Virus record (IMG/VR): IMGVR_UViG_3300050156_000143
Coordinates: 1-64,000 of that record
DNA: 64,000 nt
Source of the DNA: a virus
Taxonomy: Duplodnaviria; Caudoviricetes
Direction: 5' to 3' (one strand)
Shown here: in pieces, positions 1 to 11,085 of the stretch
Layout of the letters: each line of letters opens with the position of its first letter
Numbering within the stretch: position 1 is the stretch's first letter
Position numbers and translations under genes: made by a program
Notes under the pieces: model-generated
What the model saw: the letters and a program-made list of their open reading frames with translations, nothing else
What the model was told of the DNA's origin: nothing
Database searches by the model: none

Positions 1-152
1 TGGCTAGAGTCGGTATCCCCGAAATCTGCTTATCCAGCTCCCTTATTCAACTTAGTAGGATTTAATATGTCACGGCGAATATCAATTTAACACTGGCGCC
101 ATTAATGGCACACATTTAACATCAACGCGGCAGAAAAGTAGTAAATTCGTAT

Positions 153-1342
153 ATGAGTATTAGCCCATGTAGTCTGGCAGTAATGCTATGTGACGGTCAA
201 TTTGACGTTGGAGACAACGTGATTACCACCCGTTCAGGTATTTTGGGTATAGGGTTAATAGGAAAAGTGGTGTATGTGTACAGCAGTTTGGTGGATGTGT
301 GTTTCCCATTTGGGACGTACATTATTGAGCGTGGTATGTTGAGGCATTATTTTGGAGAGTAACGTGGATGAATACAATGTTGCAATTTTGTTACTCACTG
401 GCACAATGTTTCAGCCCAGGGGATAAGGTCAGAGTAACCGTTGAGAATAGGCGAATGTTCCGGTTTCATCAACCCGGAACGGTGGTTGAAACTTGGAAGG
501 ATGGATGTGTGGTCATGATAGATCAATATGATTGCGACTGGTATATACTACGCGACCCGTGGATTCCGCACGTTTATCTCGTCTACGATTGGGAACAATA
601 TGGAAAACAACATGAATGAGCAAGATGTCGCAAACATGCTTATCGGTACTTTGCTGCCGAACGATAAGGTAAAAATTACGGTAGGACACGCTCCGTTGTA
701 TCGCCTTAACGACACGGGGACGGTGAAATCACGTCATATGGATGGTTACGTGGTTATATTAGACCTGTTTGATCCAAACTGGCATTGTCAACACAAAGTA
801 TGGATTTCAGATAGTCATTTAACATACGACTGGGAATACTATGAAAGGCAACATGGACGAACTGACCTTAGCCGATCTACTATTGGGAGACTATGACTTC
901 CAAATTGGGGATCGGGTGGTAATCAAGCAAACAAATGAGATGGCTACGATCGACAAGAAGTCGAACCCAGGATCGTGGTCATCGTCGCTTCACCTGAAAT
1001 ATCACGTGAAATACGATGTCCCACCCGACTACCCAATTTACAAAGTTTGGTTTGGGCGAAACGCCCTCCGTTTAGCTTATGAACAACCCCATGACTGAAA
1101 ACGAGTTGGCAAGAATTTTACTAGAAGGTGTCCCATTCCAACCTGGGGATATGGTGGAGTGTGTTGATGCGAGTTACACAGATGGCGACTTAAAACACGG
1201 CAAGTTGTATTGCGTTGGATTATCCAACCCAGGGTCACCACTGGTGGCGGTCAAACCCCGCGATACGAACGAACATTGCGATGAGAACATGATTATGTGG
1301 CATTTTCGAGCTAGCCGATTTAGATACTATTTCCCACCATGA
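153..1342 (+). CDS. Tandem array I of family A (SH3/KOW-like) paralogs: 153-362, 364-619 (frameshifted), 612-896, 853-1098, 1091-1342
   Basis: Each has DE/NE-x2-(L/V)A-x-LL-x-G-x1-2-F-x-x-GD-x-V near the N-terminus and an aromatic (H/Y)Y/F end; genes abut or overlap. Confidence 0.8.
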
Positions 1343-1367
1343 AAAAAGCGGCCTAGGCCGCTTTTTT
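1342..1367. terminator. Bidirectional intrinsic terminator AAAAAAGCGGCCTAGGCCGCTTTTTT
   Basis: Perfect 26-bp palindrome with A6/T6 tails between convergent genes; identical copies at 28289 and 38316. Confidence 0.9.
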
Positions 1368-1369
1368 GT

Positions 1370-2152
1370 TTAACTGTACAACTTCAAGAAATCAGGTATC
1401 AGGCGATGACGTTGAACATCTTTTGGCCCAAATTCGCACAAAGTGACCCCATCGATGGGCGATCGTTGCAAACGGTGTTGCAAATCTAGTAACCCGTTTT
1501 GTGCATTTTTTCGATCACTTTGTTCCACATCACCGTTAATCACGATTTTGCTGCCCGTGCCAATACGGGTGAGTAGCATCAATAAGTGCTCTGGGGTGGA
1601 ATTCTGGGCTTCATCCAGGATGATCCACGAGTCTTTGAAAGTTCTACCGCGCATATACCCCAACGGGCACATTTCAATCACTTGATCGTCTAACATTGTC
1701 TGCAACTCTGCACCAGAAAAAAACTCCCGAAGAACATCAAGTGCGGGTCGAGTCCAAGGTTCCATTTTGGAATTTAAATCACCTGGCAAAAACCCATGCT
1801 TTTCATCTTCAACTGCAACTGCTGGGCGAGTAAGCACAATGCGGTTGCATTCATTTGCTTTGAGCGCCTTAATTGCGGCAAGGAGTGCCAAGTATGTTTT
1901 GCCAGTGCCAGCAGGCCCAAACACTACGGTAACATCAATATCCGCATCGAGGAGTGCCATAATGTACCGCTCTTGATTGATCGTTTTGGGAACGAGGTTA
2001 ACGGGCCGGGATTTTGTTTTTGTTGGCTCAACGATTTTCGCATCTTTTGAGTAGAAGGTTTTATCAGAAATCGCGGCATTTGCGCGTTTAGACCTGGACA
2101 TATGAGTATCAGTAGATTGCCGGAGAATAGCACTGGTACGGTGTTTCGTCAT
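1370..2152 (-). CDS. phoH: PhoH-family ATPase
   Basis: GPAGTGKT Walker A, RIVLTRPAV, GFLPGDL, YMRGRTF, ILDEAQN, GDVEQSD. Confidence 0.95.
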   Translation of the reverse strand: MTKHRTSAILRQSTDTHMSRSKRANAAISDKTFYSKDAKIVEPTKTKSRPVNLVPKTINQERYIMALLDADIDVTVVFGPAGTGKTYLALLAAIKALKANECNRIVLTRPAVAVEDEKHGFLPGDLNSKMEPWTRPALDVLREFFSGAELQTMLDDQVIEMCPLGYMRGRTFKDSWIILDEAQNSTPEHLLMLLTRIGTGSKIVINGDVEQSDRKNAQNGLLDLQHRLQRSPIDGVTLCEFGPKDVQRHRLIPDFLKLYS

Positions 2153-2227
2153 TGAGGTTCCTTGAAGGTTGACTCACTTATTTAATGAGTGGATACGATC
2201 ATAGCACGGCAAGTCCTAAATAACCAC

Positions 2228-2788
2228 ATGAGCAAAAATAAGCAACCATATTTTGACCAAATTGATTATCAATATATCGTCAATAATATAAAAGGAATCT
2301 ACACGAGTGACGGGACAATGGCTGCACTGCTAGATTTTGAACGAGTGTTGGATGAAAGTGACTTATACGCATTCAAAAATTGGGAATATGGTGAATTAGT
2401 AGATGGCCCAAAGGTTAAGAAATACACCACATCCTGTGTTTTCATGTACCCTGAAAAACTCATGCCTGACCCCAGTGCTGGCAACCGTTTAATCACGATT
2501 GGCTGCAATGTGCAATTCAAGAAAACAAAGATAAAAGTCCCGGTAAAAGTGACTAATTACGATGACTTTGAACCTGGCACCAAGTATCAAAAAATGAAAG
2601 AGCACAATGTTTGGCTGGTGCAGATCATTATGCCAAAAGACTTGATGGACGATATTCGTGAAGGATCGATTGAATTGGCAGATCAGACCATAGACTTGGG
2701 TGATCTGGATGAAGCATACGCTGATGACCTCGACGAGACCCAAGTTAAAGAAGATGATGGCACAGCCAATATGATGGGAGGGTTTTAA
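2228..2788 (+). CDS. Conserved hypothetical jumbo-phage protein (probable start 2228)
   Basis: LLDFERVLDESDLYAFKNW block, acidic tail; TAAATA box 5 nt before ATG 2228. Confidence 0.65.
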   Translation: MSKNKQPYFDQIDYQYIVNNIKGIYTSDGTMAALLDFERVLDESDLYAFKNWEYGELVDGPKVKKYTTSCVFMYPEKLMPDPSAGNRLITIGCNVQFKKTKIKVPVKVTNYDDFEPGTKYQKMKEHNVWLVQIIMPKDLMDDIREGSIELADQTIDLGDLDEAYADDLDETQVKEDDGTANMMGGF

Positions 2789-3325
2789 ATGATAATCACA
2801 GAGGGGTTAGATTACCTTGATATGCAAGGCCTGCTTTCACCGAAAATATCGGTAGATGAATATTCTGCCAAAATGGGCGACGACGATGAAATTATCACTT
2901 TGGGGTTCAAAGTGAAAGGCAAGCAGCCCGCAATGGATTTGGTCAGTTGGTTTGAACGTGGTTATAAATGGGTGTTAGATGCACAAGTTAGCGATGGTGA
3001 AGTCAGTGATGGCATACATTTGGTATTCGTGGAAATTGCGCGAAGATTGAAGTCACCTGACCAAATAGTGCAACTAGTTGGAGATTTGAAAACCTTGTCC
3101 GGGATGTCGATTTCAGACTTTACGCTCCAAATTGCAGAAGACGAATGTTCGGTCACAGTGGATGACATGGTGGCCTTCATGCCGTTGAGTCCCCGTGCTT
3201 ATCGTGTACGCAAGAACCGGGAAACAAATAAGCTGCGAATTTTGTCAGGCCAATTGCCCATTCCAGAATATGAAAAGTTCAGTCAAGAGGTGCAAAGACT
3301 GAGGTCAGCAGCGGGTTTACAATGA
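2789..3325 (+). CDS. Conserved hypothetical protein
   Basis: 178-aa ORF directly coupled to the upstream gene. Confidence 0.6.
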   Translation: MIITEGLDYLDMQGLLSPKISVDEYSAKMGDDDEIITLGFKVKGKQPAMDLVSWFERGYKWVLDAQVSDGEVSDGIHLVFVEIARRLKSPDQIVQLVGDLKTLSGMSISDFTLQIAEDECSVTVDDMVAFMPLSPRAYRVRKNRETNKLRILSGQLPIPEYEKFSQEVQRLRSAAGLQ

Positions 3326-3388
3326 TTGCTTGACAGTCTGCGACAATGGGTGCTACTATGGCACCCATAATGTTTTCTGGAGCGAAAG

Positions 3389-3625
3389 ATGAGCATGGAT
3401 GAGCAAGATGTGGTAATCGGGTTACTGAGAGGGTTTTCCAAAGGCGACATGGTGATTACTTGGCACAAAGACTTGCACGGCAATGACGTGATTGGCTCTG
3501 GGAAACTACTTGTCCGACTGGACATTTTCATCGATACGTGGCAAGTGTTAGTCCCAGACCCAGAAGACTATATGAGCATTCAATGGTTTCATGAATCCTG
3601 TTTAGAACATTTCTACCAACCTTGA
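3389..3625 (+). CDS. Family A paralog
   Basis: DEQDVVIGLLRGFSKGD...WFHESCLEHFY. Confidence 0.75.
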   Translation: MSMDEQDVVIGLLRGFSKGDMVITWHKDLHGNDVIGSGKLLVRLDIFIDTWQVLVPDPEDYMSIQWFHESCLEHFYQP

Positions 3626-3632
3626 GAACATT

Positions 3633-3941
3633 GTGACCAAACATTGTATTACGGCCACAATATTGAATAAACGAGGGCGGGTTTTGGCATCGGCTAGTAA
3701 CAGTTACGAAAAAACTCACCCAATGCAAAAACAATACGCGGTCAAGGTTGGGCTACATGATAAACAATATTTGCATGCAGAAATTCATGCCATCTTGAAA
3801 TTACGGCGCATGGGGGGGAATCCTCATCGCATGGTGGTCTCAAGATTTGCCAAAGATGGTAGTCCGGCGTCTGCCAAACCGTGTCCAATATGTAGCAAAG
3901 CTATCTTAGATTTTGGTATAAAAATTGTGGAACACACGTGA
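3633..3941 (+). CDS. Zn-dependent cytidine/dCMP deaminase-fold protein
   Basis: LHAE ... KPCPIC zinc motif. Confidence 0.85.
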   Translation: MTKHCITATILNKRGRVLASASNSYEKTHPMQKQYAVKVGLHDKQYLHAEIHAILKLRRMGGNPHRMVVSRFAKDGSPASAKPCPICSKAILDFGIKIVEHT

Positions 3942-4725
3942 TGTATCGGGTAACAGTTGATATTCACGAATTTGATGCCAAAATCGAAACCTTGTACTAT
4001 GTGGGGATGGCGGATATTGTAGCAGAGTAAACAACTACCTGAAGTCAATAACCGTGGTACTATCAACCTTTCGGCAGACAATAACCAACCAAAATGGTGA
4101 TACTGTGATCATCAGTTTTGACAATCTGGAAGATTATCAGATTCATATCATGAAGGAATAAAGTGATGAGAAAAGTGATTGAATTTGACCCACAAAATGC
4201 ACAACACCGTTCATGGTACAAAACGTTCTTGGACACTCGGGCTTGGTCACATTGCCCGGTCATTTTCAACCGAGGACGAGACTTTAGCGAACTCCCGCAT
4301 TATCTGAACACGGTCTTAATAGCCTATTACATGAACAAAGACCATGAAATCCAAGAAAAAGAAGCCATCCAAGCCCAGAATGCACAAAATGTTGTTTGAC
4401 AAGGATTTACCATTTCAACCAAAACGTGAAACAGTGAAAACCAAATTTAAGCGCCATGACAAACACAAACAACCCAAATGATGACCCGGTTTCAGAGTAC
4501 GTGTACTATGGACGCTTTGGTGATTACTGCGATTGCAAATTGTGTCAACAATTTAAAGAGCAAGCTACCGTAACCCCAATGATGATGGAATCATATCTCC
4601 GCAGATTTTGGGGAGCATCTATTGAGTATACTGGGGGGATTTCTGAATACAATTACATAGTTCGTTTCGACAGCCAAGAAACCCATCTGGCGTTCTTATT
4701 AACGTTCGTGACCTGATACTGCAAC

Positions 4726-4971
4726 ATGAACAACACAATGAATGAAAACGAGTTAGCAAGAATTTTGCTAGAAGGCGTTCCTTTTCAACCTGGGGATATT
4801 GTGGAGTGTGTTGATGATAGCTATTCGTCTTTCTTAAAACTCGGGCAAGCGTACACGATCAAACAAGCGATCAATTTACACGGCGGACTACTTTTGATTA
4901 AAATGGTAGAATCCGACGTCAACTCTTCATATTACTACTCCAACCGTTTCGTATATCATTTCCCAGAATAG
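4726..4971 (+). CDS. Family A paralog, close relative of 1091-1342
   Basis: Shares ENELARILLEGVPFQPGD-x-VECVD at protein and DNA level with 1091-1342. Confidence 0.8.
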   Translation: MNNTMNENELARILLEGVPFQPGDIVECVDDSYSSFLKLGQAYTIKQAINLHGGLLLIKMVESDVNSSYYYSNRFVYHFPE

Positions 4972-4979
4972 AGGTCACT

Positions 4980-5954
4980 ATGGGCGGCAATGCGTTAAAA
5001 ACAGAGACAGTACGGTTTTCACCCATTGTGATGAACAAGGTTCGCACCACCTTGCTTCCAGAATTTGAAAAACTCTGCGTTGCTAAAATCATCCCGTATT
5101 ACGCAAATAAACTGGATTTTGGCGATGTTGACATCTTGCTAGCAAAATCTCCAAACCTAAAATCCCACATTAATCGATGGTTGTCCCAAACTAAATGCCC
5201 AGAGTGGAGCTGGAACTCTGATGTGCTCAGTTTTGCTTACCATACAGAAATCGGGTATATCCAGGTTGACTTGATCTTGGTTGATCCAACCATCTACGAC
5301 TATGCGTATCACTATTTTTCTTTTAACGACTGCGGTAATTTGGTCGGTAGAGTGGCTCACAAAATGGGGGTCAGGCACGGGCATGCTGGGCTGCAATACG
5401 TGTTGAGAAGTGATGATCACATTATCAAAACGTTTCCCCTCACGGTGGATCACTCGCATGCGCTGAGATTGTTGGGTTTTGATCCATCACGGTTCGATGC
5501 TGGGTTCGACGAATTGACTGACATTTTCCAGTTTGTGTCAAGTGGGAAATATTTTACCCCATCTTTGTATCTGCTAGAGACTAGGAATTATAGAGACCGG
5601 ACGCGGGACAGAAAGCGCAAAACGTATATGAGCTTTTTGGAATACTGTCGAACCACCGTGGTTCCAACGTTTCAGCACCCCGACAAACCAACTTGGCTCA
5701 CCTATTGGTTTGATCATTTTCCAGATTTTAAACAACAGTATGAGAACACTTTGGAAGAACTCGCCGCAACCAATGCGAGAAAACTGTTGTATAACGGGAA
5801 AATTGTAGGCAATCTGACTGGACTATCTGGAAAAGCGTTGGGCGAATTTATGCAGAAATTTAAACCAAATTTGACAGACGAGTTTTACGCAGGGTCAGAC
5901 TCGGATCGTGCTGCAAAGATACGAGAAGCAATGGGTGATTATTGTGGAAGTTGA
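4980..5954 (+). CDS. Putative Pol-beta-superfamily nucleotidyltransferase
   Basis: MGGNALK start, DFGDVDIL (GDxD) motif and downstream QVDL acidic strand. Confidence 0.6.
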   Translation: MGGNALKTETVRFSPIVMNKVRTTLLPEFEKLCVAKIIPYYANKLDFGDVDILLAKSPNLKSHINRWLSQTKCPEWSWNSDVLSFAYHTEIGYIQVDLILVDPTIYDYAYHYFSFNDCGNLVGRVAHKMGVRHGHAGLQYVLRSDDHIIKTFPLTVDHSHALRLLGFDPSRFDAGFDELTDIFQFVSSGKYFTPSLYLLETRNYRDRTRDRKRKTYMSFLEYCRTTVVPTFQHPDKPTWLTYWFDHFPDFKQQYENTLEELAATNARKLLYNGKIVGNLTGLSGKALGEFMQKFKPNLTDEFYAGSDSDRAAKIREAMGDYCGS

Positions 5955-7810
5955 AATTTACACCAACAGCCACGAATACCGTGAGTTACTAGATGAATAT
6001 CAAACTTCTGGGCATTATCCCCTTTTTTCTGATTTCATAGCCAACTGTTATAATGCGATCGATGTACGTCACCGATGGTGCGGCCACCGTCACCGGAGCT
6101 TATTGTTGGTTCGATTTGCAACAGAGTCCGACAAAACCGCTTTTTTGTTGCGCATTAGCTAAAATGCCTGGTAAGATGACATCTTCAACACACTGAGAGA
6201 GCAACATGGATTCCACATCTGATCCCACTTTGGTAGCACAGCTTGACGCTATGAAAAAGTGGCGTGACCGTTTTTTTCATCTTGCTGCTTTGCACTGGGT
6301 TCAGCCCGAAGCAGAATTTCGCATTGACTACTCTGGAGAAAGTCAGGATGAATATTTCACTGCCCTGGTGAAGTTTCTCGATGACCGTGGCGACGATAAC
6401 GACAACTCTTGCTATAAGGCGTGGAATGGCTGATGTATTATTGATTTGCGGGCTGTTTGATGTTTATGGCAAAGGCGGCCACAAAACCGGAAGACAAGAA
6501 TTTGTGGTATCACATGGCGTCGATTTGGATACCGACAAGACAGTTATATTGCCGTGTGTTCATCCAAGTGAACTCGGTGCTACTCATTTGGGTGGGAACG
6601 ATTGGATTTTGTATGATAAACTGAAGAAAGGATCACATCATGACTGAAAACGTTGATAAAAACATTGGTGACACCGTGTTCTACATCGTTGCGAACAGTA
6701 TTCGCAAAGGTGCAATCACCAAGATCATCACCGTCACCACTGCAAATGGTTCGACCACCAGCTATCATTGTGGCTCGATCGAATGCGCTACTGATGATAT
6801 CGGTGAGTTACACACGTTGGGAGAACGGTTGAAATGCCACGAAGGCACTGACCACGTCCCAGACGAATCTGGGTGGGTTACCTGGGATTTCTCCAGTAGG
6901 GACGGGCCAATCGGATGGGTGGTCAACGGAATCACGATCACAGAAAACACTACGATAGTCGCTCTGCTGCGCGATGACGAACAGTACAGAGACACCGTTG
7001 TTGACACTGACTGGGAAGACGACGATGAACTCGGCGATGTGATCAAGTTCAAACTGGCCAACTAACCACCACGTCGGGGATATTCTGTCCCCCCAATGTT
7101 AAATCCAATATGCTAACAAAATCTGAAATCGAATTGATTCACTTTTTGGTGAATCTGCCAACTCCAGAGTATCTTAGATACCTCCAAGACAAGCCCGAAT
7201 ACATTGTGTTAAAAATTGCTCAAATTTTTGAAGAATATTCAGTCAATTTGTTCAACGAATCTTATAAAACCATTTTGCTCAGTGACCCCAACATTGTGTC
7301 GTTGTCTGAATGTAATCTAGTATTGTCATCCATTATGGGAGCCAATTGATGAAACCGCTTGAAAAACGTGATCGAAACGAGTTCTTTGCCCGTGAATTTC
7401 ACGGGGAGGACTACTGGAAACAGTGTAAACTACAGCTAGACCAGTTGTATGCAAACCGTAAGAAGTTAAAAGGCAAGCCCACCCCAGAACAACGGGTGGA
7501 ACTACTGTTGGATGCCATGTTTATCCGACATTACGAAACCATTTGCTTCCACTCTGGATACGACTGTTTGAACGAAGACTGTGTTTGTGTCCAATGCAAG
7601 TCACCTTATCCAAATTTTACTGAAAAGATGGATTCATTGTTATCTCAATTTTGAAGAAAAATATGTCTGAACAACCAAAACCATCTGAAGTCCCAGTTGT
7701 CCCAGAACCCAAGAAACAATGTGGAAACTACGGCAAATGCAAGTGTGGTGAACCAAAATGACCCCCCAATTTTCTGAACACTTTTTAACACCTTTTACAC
7801 ACGGATTAAC

Positions 7811-8923
7811 ATGAAGAACGTCAATAACCTCCTTCCGCTCGAAAGCCTGTATGAATCGCCTGCTCCATTCCATCTTGGTCGTTATCTATATGACCCGGAA
7901 ACAGCGATTGTGTACAGTAATGCAAAATCCCGCACCCGCCCTTCAGCATTAAAGGCAGTAAATGGATGCTATCGTGTCATTAGCACTATGGCGCTAGTCA
8001 TGACAATCAGCGTAGCGGAGGTGCGTTCTCGCATTTATGCCCGTCACGGTGGAAATCACGTTGAAAAACGCGATGCACTTGCTGCCTCACCGTGCGAACA
8101 AGTGAAAGAACAGGGGTTTAACTGGGTTATTAAGATGTGGAGTGCAGACGACGAACTCGACTCCGAGGAGTACCCCAACCTCACAACCAGTGAAGTTCAG
8201 CAATTGATCGAAGAGCGCGCAAAGGAGCTGATCGCCGACGAATATCGTGAAGTAAGTGTTGTTGCATTTCAACAAGTTATGATCGCAAAACAACAATATA
8301 CTATTATCGTTCAAATTGCCTAAAAAGTTTTTCCCACCATGTCCAACAATCTTATCCCACTTGATATCCCACTTGAATCAGTCATTGATGCTCCGATTTT
8401 CCCCAAAAGATATTTTTGCGATAGCGATGGGAATGTGTTTAGTAATGCCAAATCCTCAACGAAGATGGCGAAATTGACCCAAACGAGTGTTAAGTCATGC
8501 AGAACTTATCGAGTGAAGATCAATGATCTTCACAACACCTGGATCAATGTTCGGTTGGATGATATTTTGAAAGGTCTGGCAAATCGGGCAGAATTGATGA
8601 AGGGACTGTCTGAACTTAAGCCCACGTTTACCCTTGGTGATTCATCGATTGATGAGTTCCTCGATGGGGGCAACGATGCGATTCCCGATCCACCAGCATC
8701 TGAAAAGTGTGACTGGATCATTGACGTATTCTATGATGGAGAGCACGATGACAACCACGATCTATCCAATTTGACATTCACCGAAGTACAAGCTCACGTC
8801 CAGAAGTTACGTGCAACGTATGACACATTTGATGAGAGTTTGCAATTCAAAATTCACAAACATTGCGCTAACATTGATTACATGGTGGAAAAAACCGTTA
8901 CTCAAAAATTGACCAAAATTTAA
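7811..8923 (+). CDS. Tandem paralog pair (7811-8323, 8339-8923) with NUMOD4-like N-termini
   Basis: Shared PLES...RY..D..G/A.V.SNAKS N-terminus and W.I.....D.E.D......NLT..EVQ C-terminal block. Confidence 0.55.
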
Positions 8924-10536
8924 CCAGAATTATCACCATCATGACTAAAATCGTTTCTACATCGCATCTATATCAATTAAACCAGTGTTCTGGAGGTCTT
9001 TCTCGGGCACGCGACCATTATTGGACGGATGGTATTGCCATCTGGTCTACTGCTAGTGGTGGTTTAGTTGAATTGGGAAAACAATCACAATCACCAAACT
9101 ACCAATACTCCATCCGAACCAACTACCACGTGGATAAATGGGACAAAAAATTGTTGTTGACTGCTGTCAACGGTGACACCGGTTTCAAACGGTGGAAAGA
9201 CAAAATGGCACAAGCAACCCGCAAATCGCCCGTTGGGGTGTTTGAAATGGAGACCATCCATCCTGGCATGCGCAATTATTTTATCAAAGATGGGCGTGTG
9301 TTTAAGAAACCACATACTCAGATTGGTAAGATCGAAAATGGCATTCGGGTGTATGTTTTTGATCAAGAAGACACCGGCAAAGGGCATTGGTTCGGCAAAA
9401 AGACAGTGGAATTCACCGACACCACATTGTCTCACCAGTTGATTAAATTTGGAGTTAAATTGAACACTCCACTGATTCCAGCACTTACTGAAAAATACCG
9501 ATTATTTGGATTGTCGGACTCTGGTGGCTGGTATGGCAGCGACTTCGCCAGTGAATTTGCATGTGAATATCCAGACGAAAAAGGTGCGAAAGCCCGGTGC
9601 GAAGAACTTGCCAAACTCAATCCTGGTCAGAAATTCGCATACGTGAAAGTTTTGGGCACCTGTTTTACCAATATCAATCCAGTCATTTGGGAATAATTTT
9701 ATGAAACGCTATTTCAGCGGTGACGACAATGTGTATGATCTATTGCGCTCGATTGTGGCATCAGCAATGAACAACGTGACGTCAGAACATATTACTGAGA
9801 ACGACGAAACTGGCTATGTCGATGCAACCCCAGAATACGGCGAACGTTGCTATGCGGGTGGGATCAAGTTGATGACGTTGGTTGATTTTGCTGACGCATT
9901 GCCCAAAGCGTTAACAGAGTTTGCATTCACCCACATTACCGAACATGGGCGTCTATGTGTCTACCGTGAAGAAACGCTTGATGAGCAACTTGTTAGGGAA
10001 CAGTATTTCCAAGATGCACAGCAACGGACAGAAGAATATGAACGCAACCTTTACGAAACATTAAAAGCCAAGTTTGAAGGGCAAAAATGAAACCCGTTTT
10101 ATTCATCCTGGGGATGATTTTGGCTAGCCAGGCTCAGGCCTATTCTGACCCACCGCGTCGTGATCCTGTGCGCCCACTGCGTTACCCTGACAGCACACAC
10201 AATGAACGTGATCAAAAACGTGAAAACCCGCCTGAGCGACGACGATCTGCACCACCGTCTGGACAAAGTTTGTGTGACGTTCGTTCTCAATGTTTCAAAT
10301 TATGCGATCCAGCACAATGCGGGAAGAAAATTCGATGAAAGTTCACAAAGTCACTCTTTACGTGTTGGATTATAACAACTTGGGAGAATCCGAAGTCCGA
10401 TATCTCCTAGAACTGAACGACGATATTATCACCAGGGTTGCACAGATTCAAACCACCGATTGTGGGGAATGGTCAGACGACCATCCGCTGAATCATAGTG
10501 CCACCGCTATAGCGGAATACGAGAGGTTGTTCAGCG

Positions 10537-10800
10537 ATGGCGAAAGTTCACAATAAACGTCACAATACTGCACCATCCGATGCAGTCTATGTTGGCCGTG
10601 GAAGCCCGTATGGAAACCCGTTTGTTATCGGTGTTCACGGTACTAGAAAAATGGTGTGCGACATGTATGAAGATTGGTTCAACGATCTTCCCAACCGTGA
10701 TACACTGTTGAAGCACATTGTTGGCAAAGACTTGGTATGTTTTTGTAAGCCCAAACAATGTCACGGTGATTTTTTAATTAAACAAACAAGGAAAATTTGA
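10537..10800 (+). CDS. DUF4326-family protein
   Basis: VYVGRGSPYGNPF ... GKDLVCFCKPKQCHGD. Confidence 0.85.
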   Translation: MAKVHNKRHNTAPSDAVYVGRGSPYGNPFVIGVHGTRKMVCDMYEDWFNDLPNRDTLLKHIVGKDLVCFCKPKQCHGDFLIKQTRKI

Positions 10801-10803
10801 TAT

Positions 10804-11085
10804 ATGAGCGAAAAGAATGAACTCCAAGACATCATGATTTCTGGCGACCAACGAATCAAGTTGACTCGCATTATGGACGAATGTATGCAGTCACTGTTTG
10901 ACATCGATACTCTCAAAGCTGGGATGAAAGATTCGATCAAGGCGATCTGTGAAGAAATTGGCATCAAGCCAAAAAATCTGAGTAAAGCAATTGCTGCCGC
11001 ACATAAAGCCAAGATTGCCGAATTGAAGCACGATGCTAGCCAGGTTGAATCCATTTTGCATGCCACGGGGAAGGACACTCTGTAA
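10804..11085 (+). CDS. T4 DsbA-like small dsDNA-binding protein
   Basis: Helical 93-aa ORF (IKAICEEIGIKPKNLSKAI) immediately upstream of the polymerase. Confidence 0.5.
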   Translation: MSEKNELQDIMISGDQRIKLTRIMDECMQSLFDIDTLKAGMKDSIKAICEEIGIKPKNLSKAIAAAHKAKIAELKHDASQVESILHATGKDTL

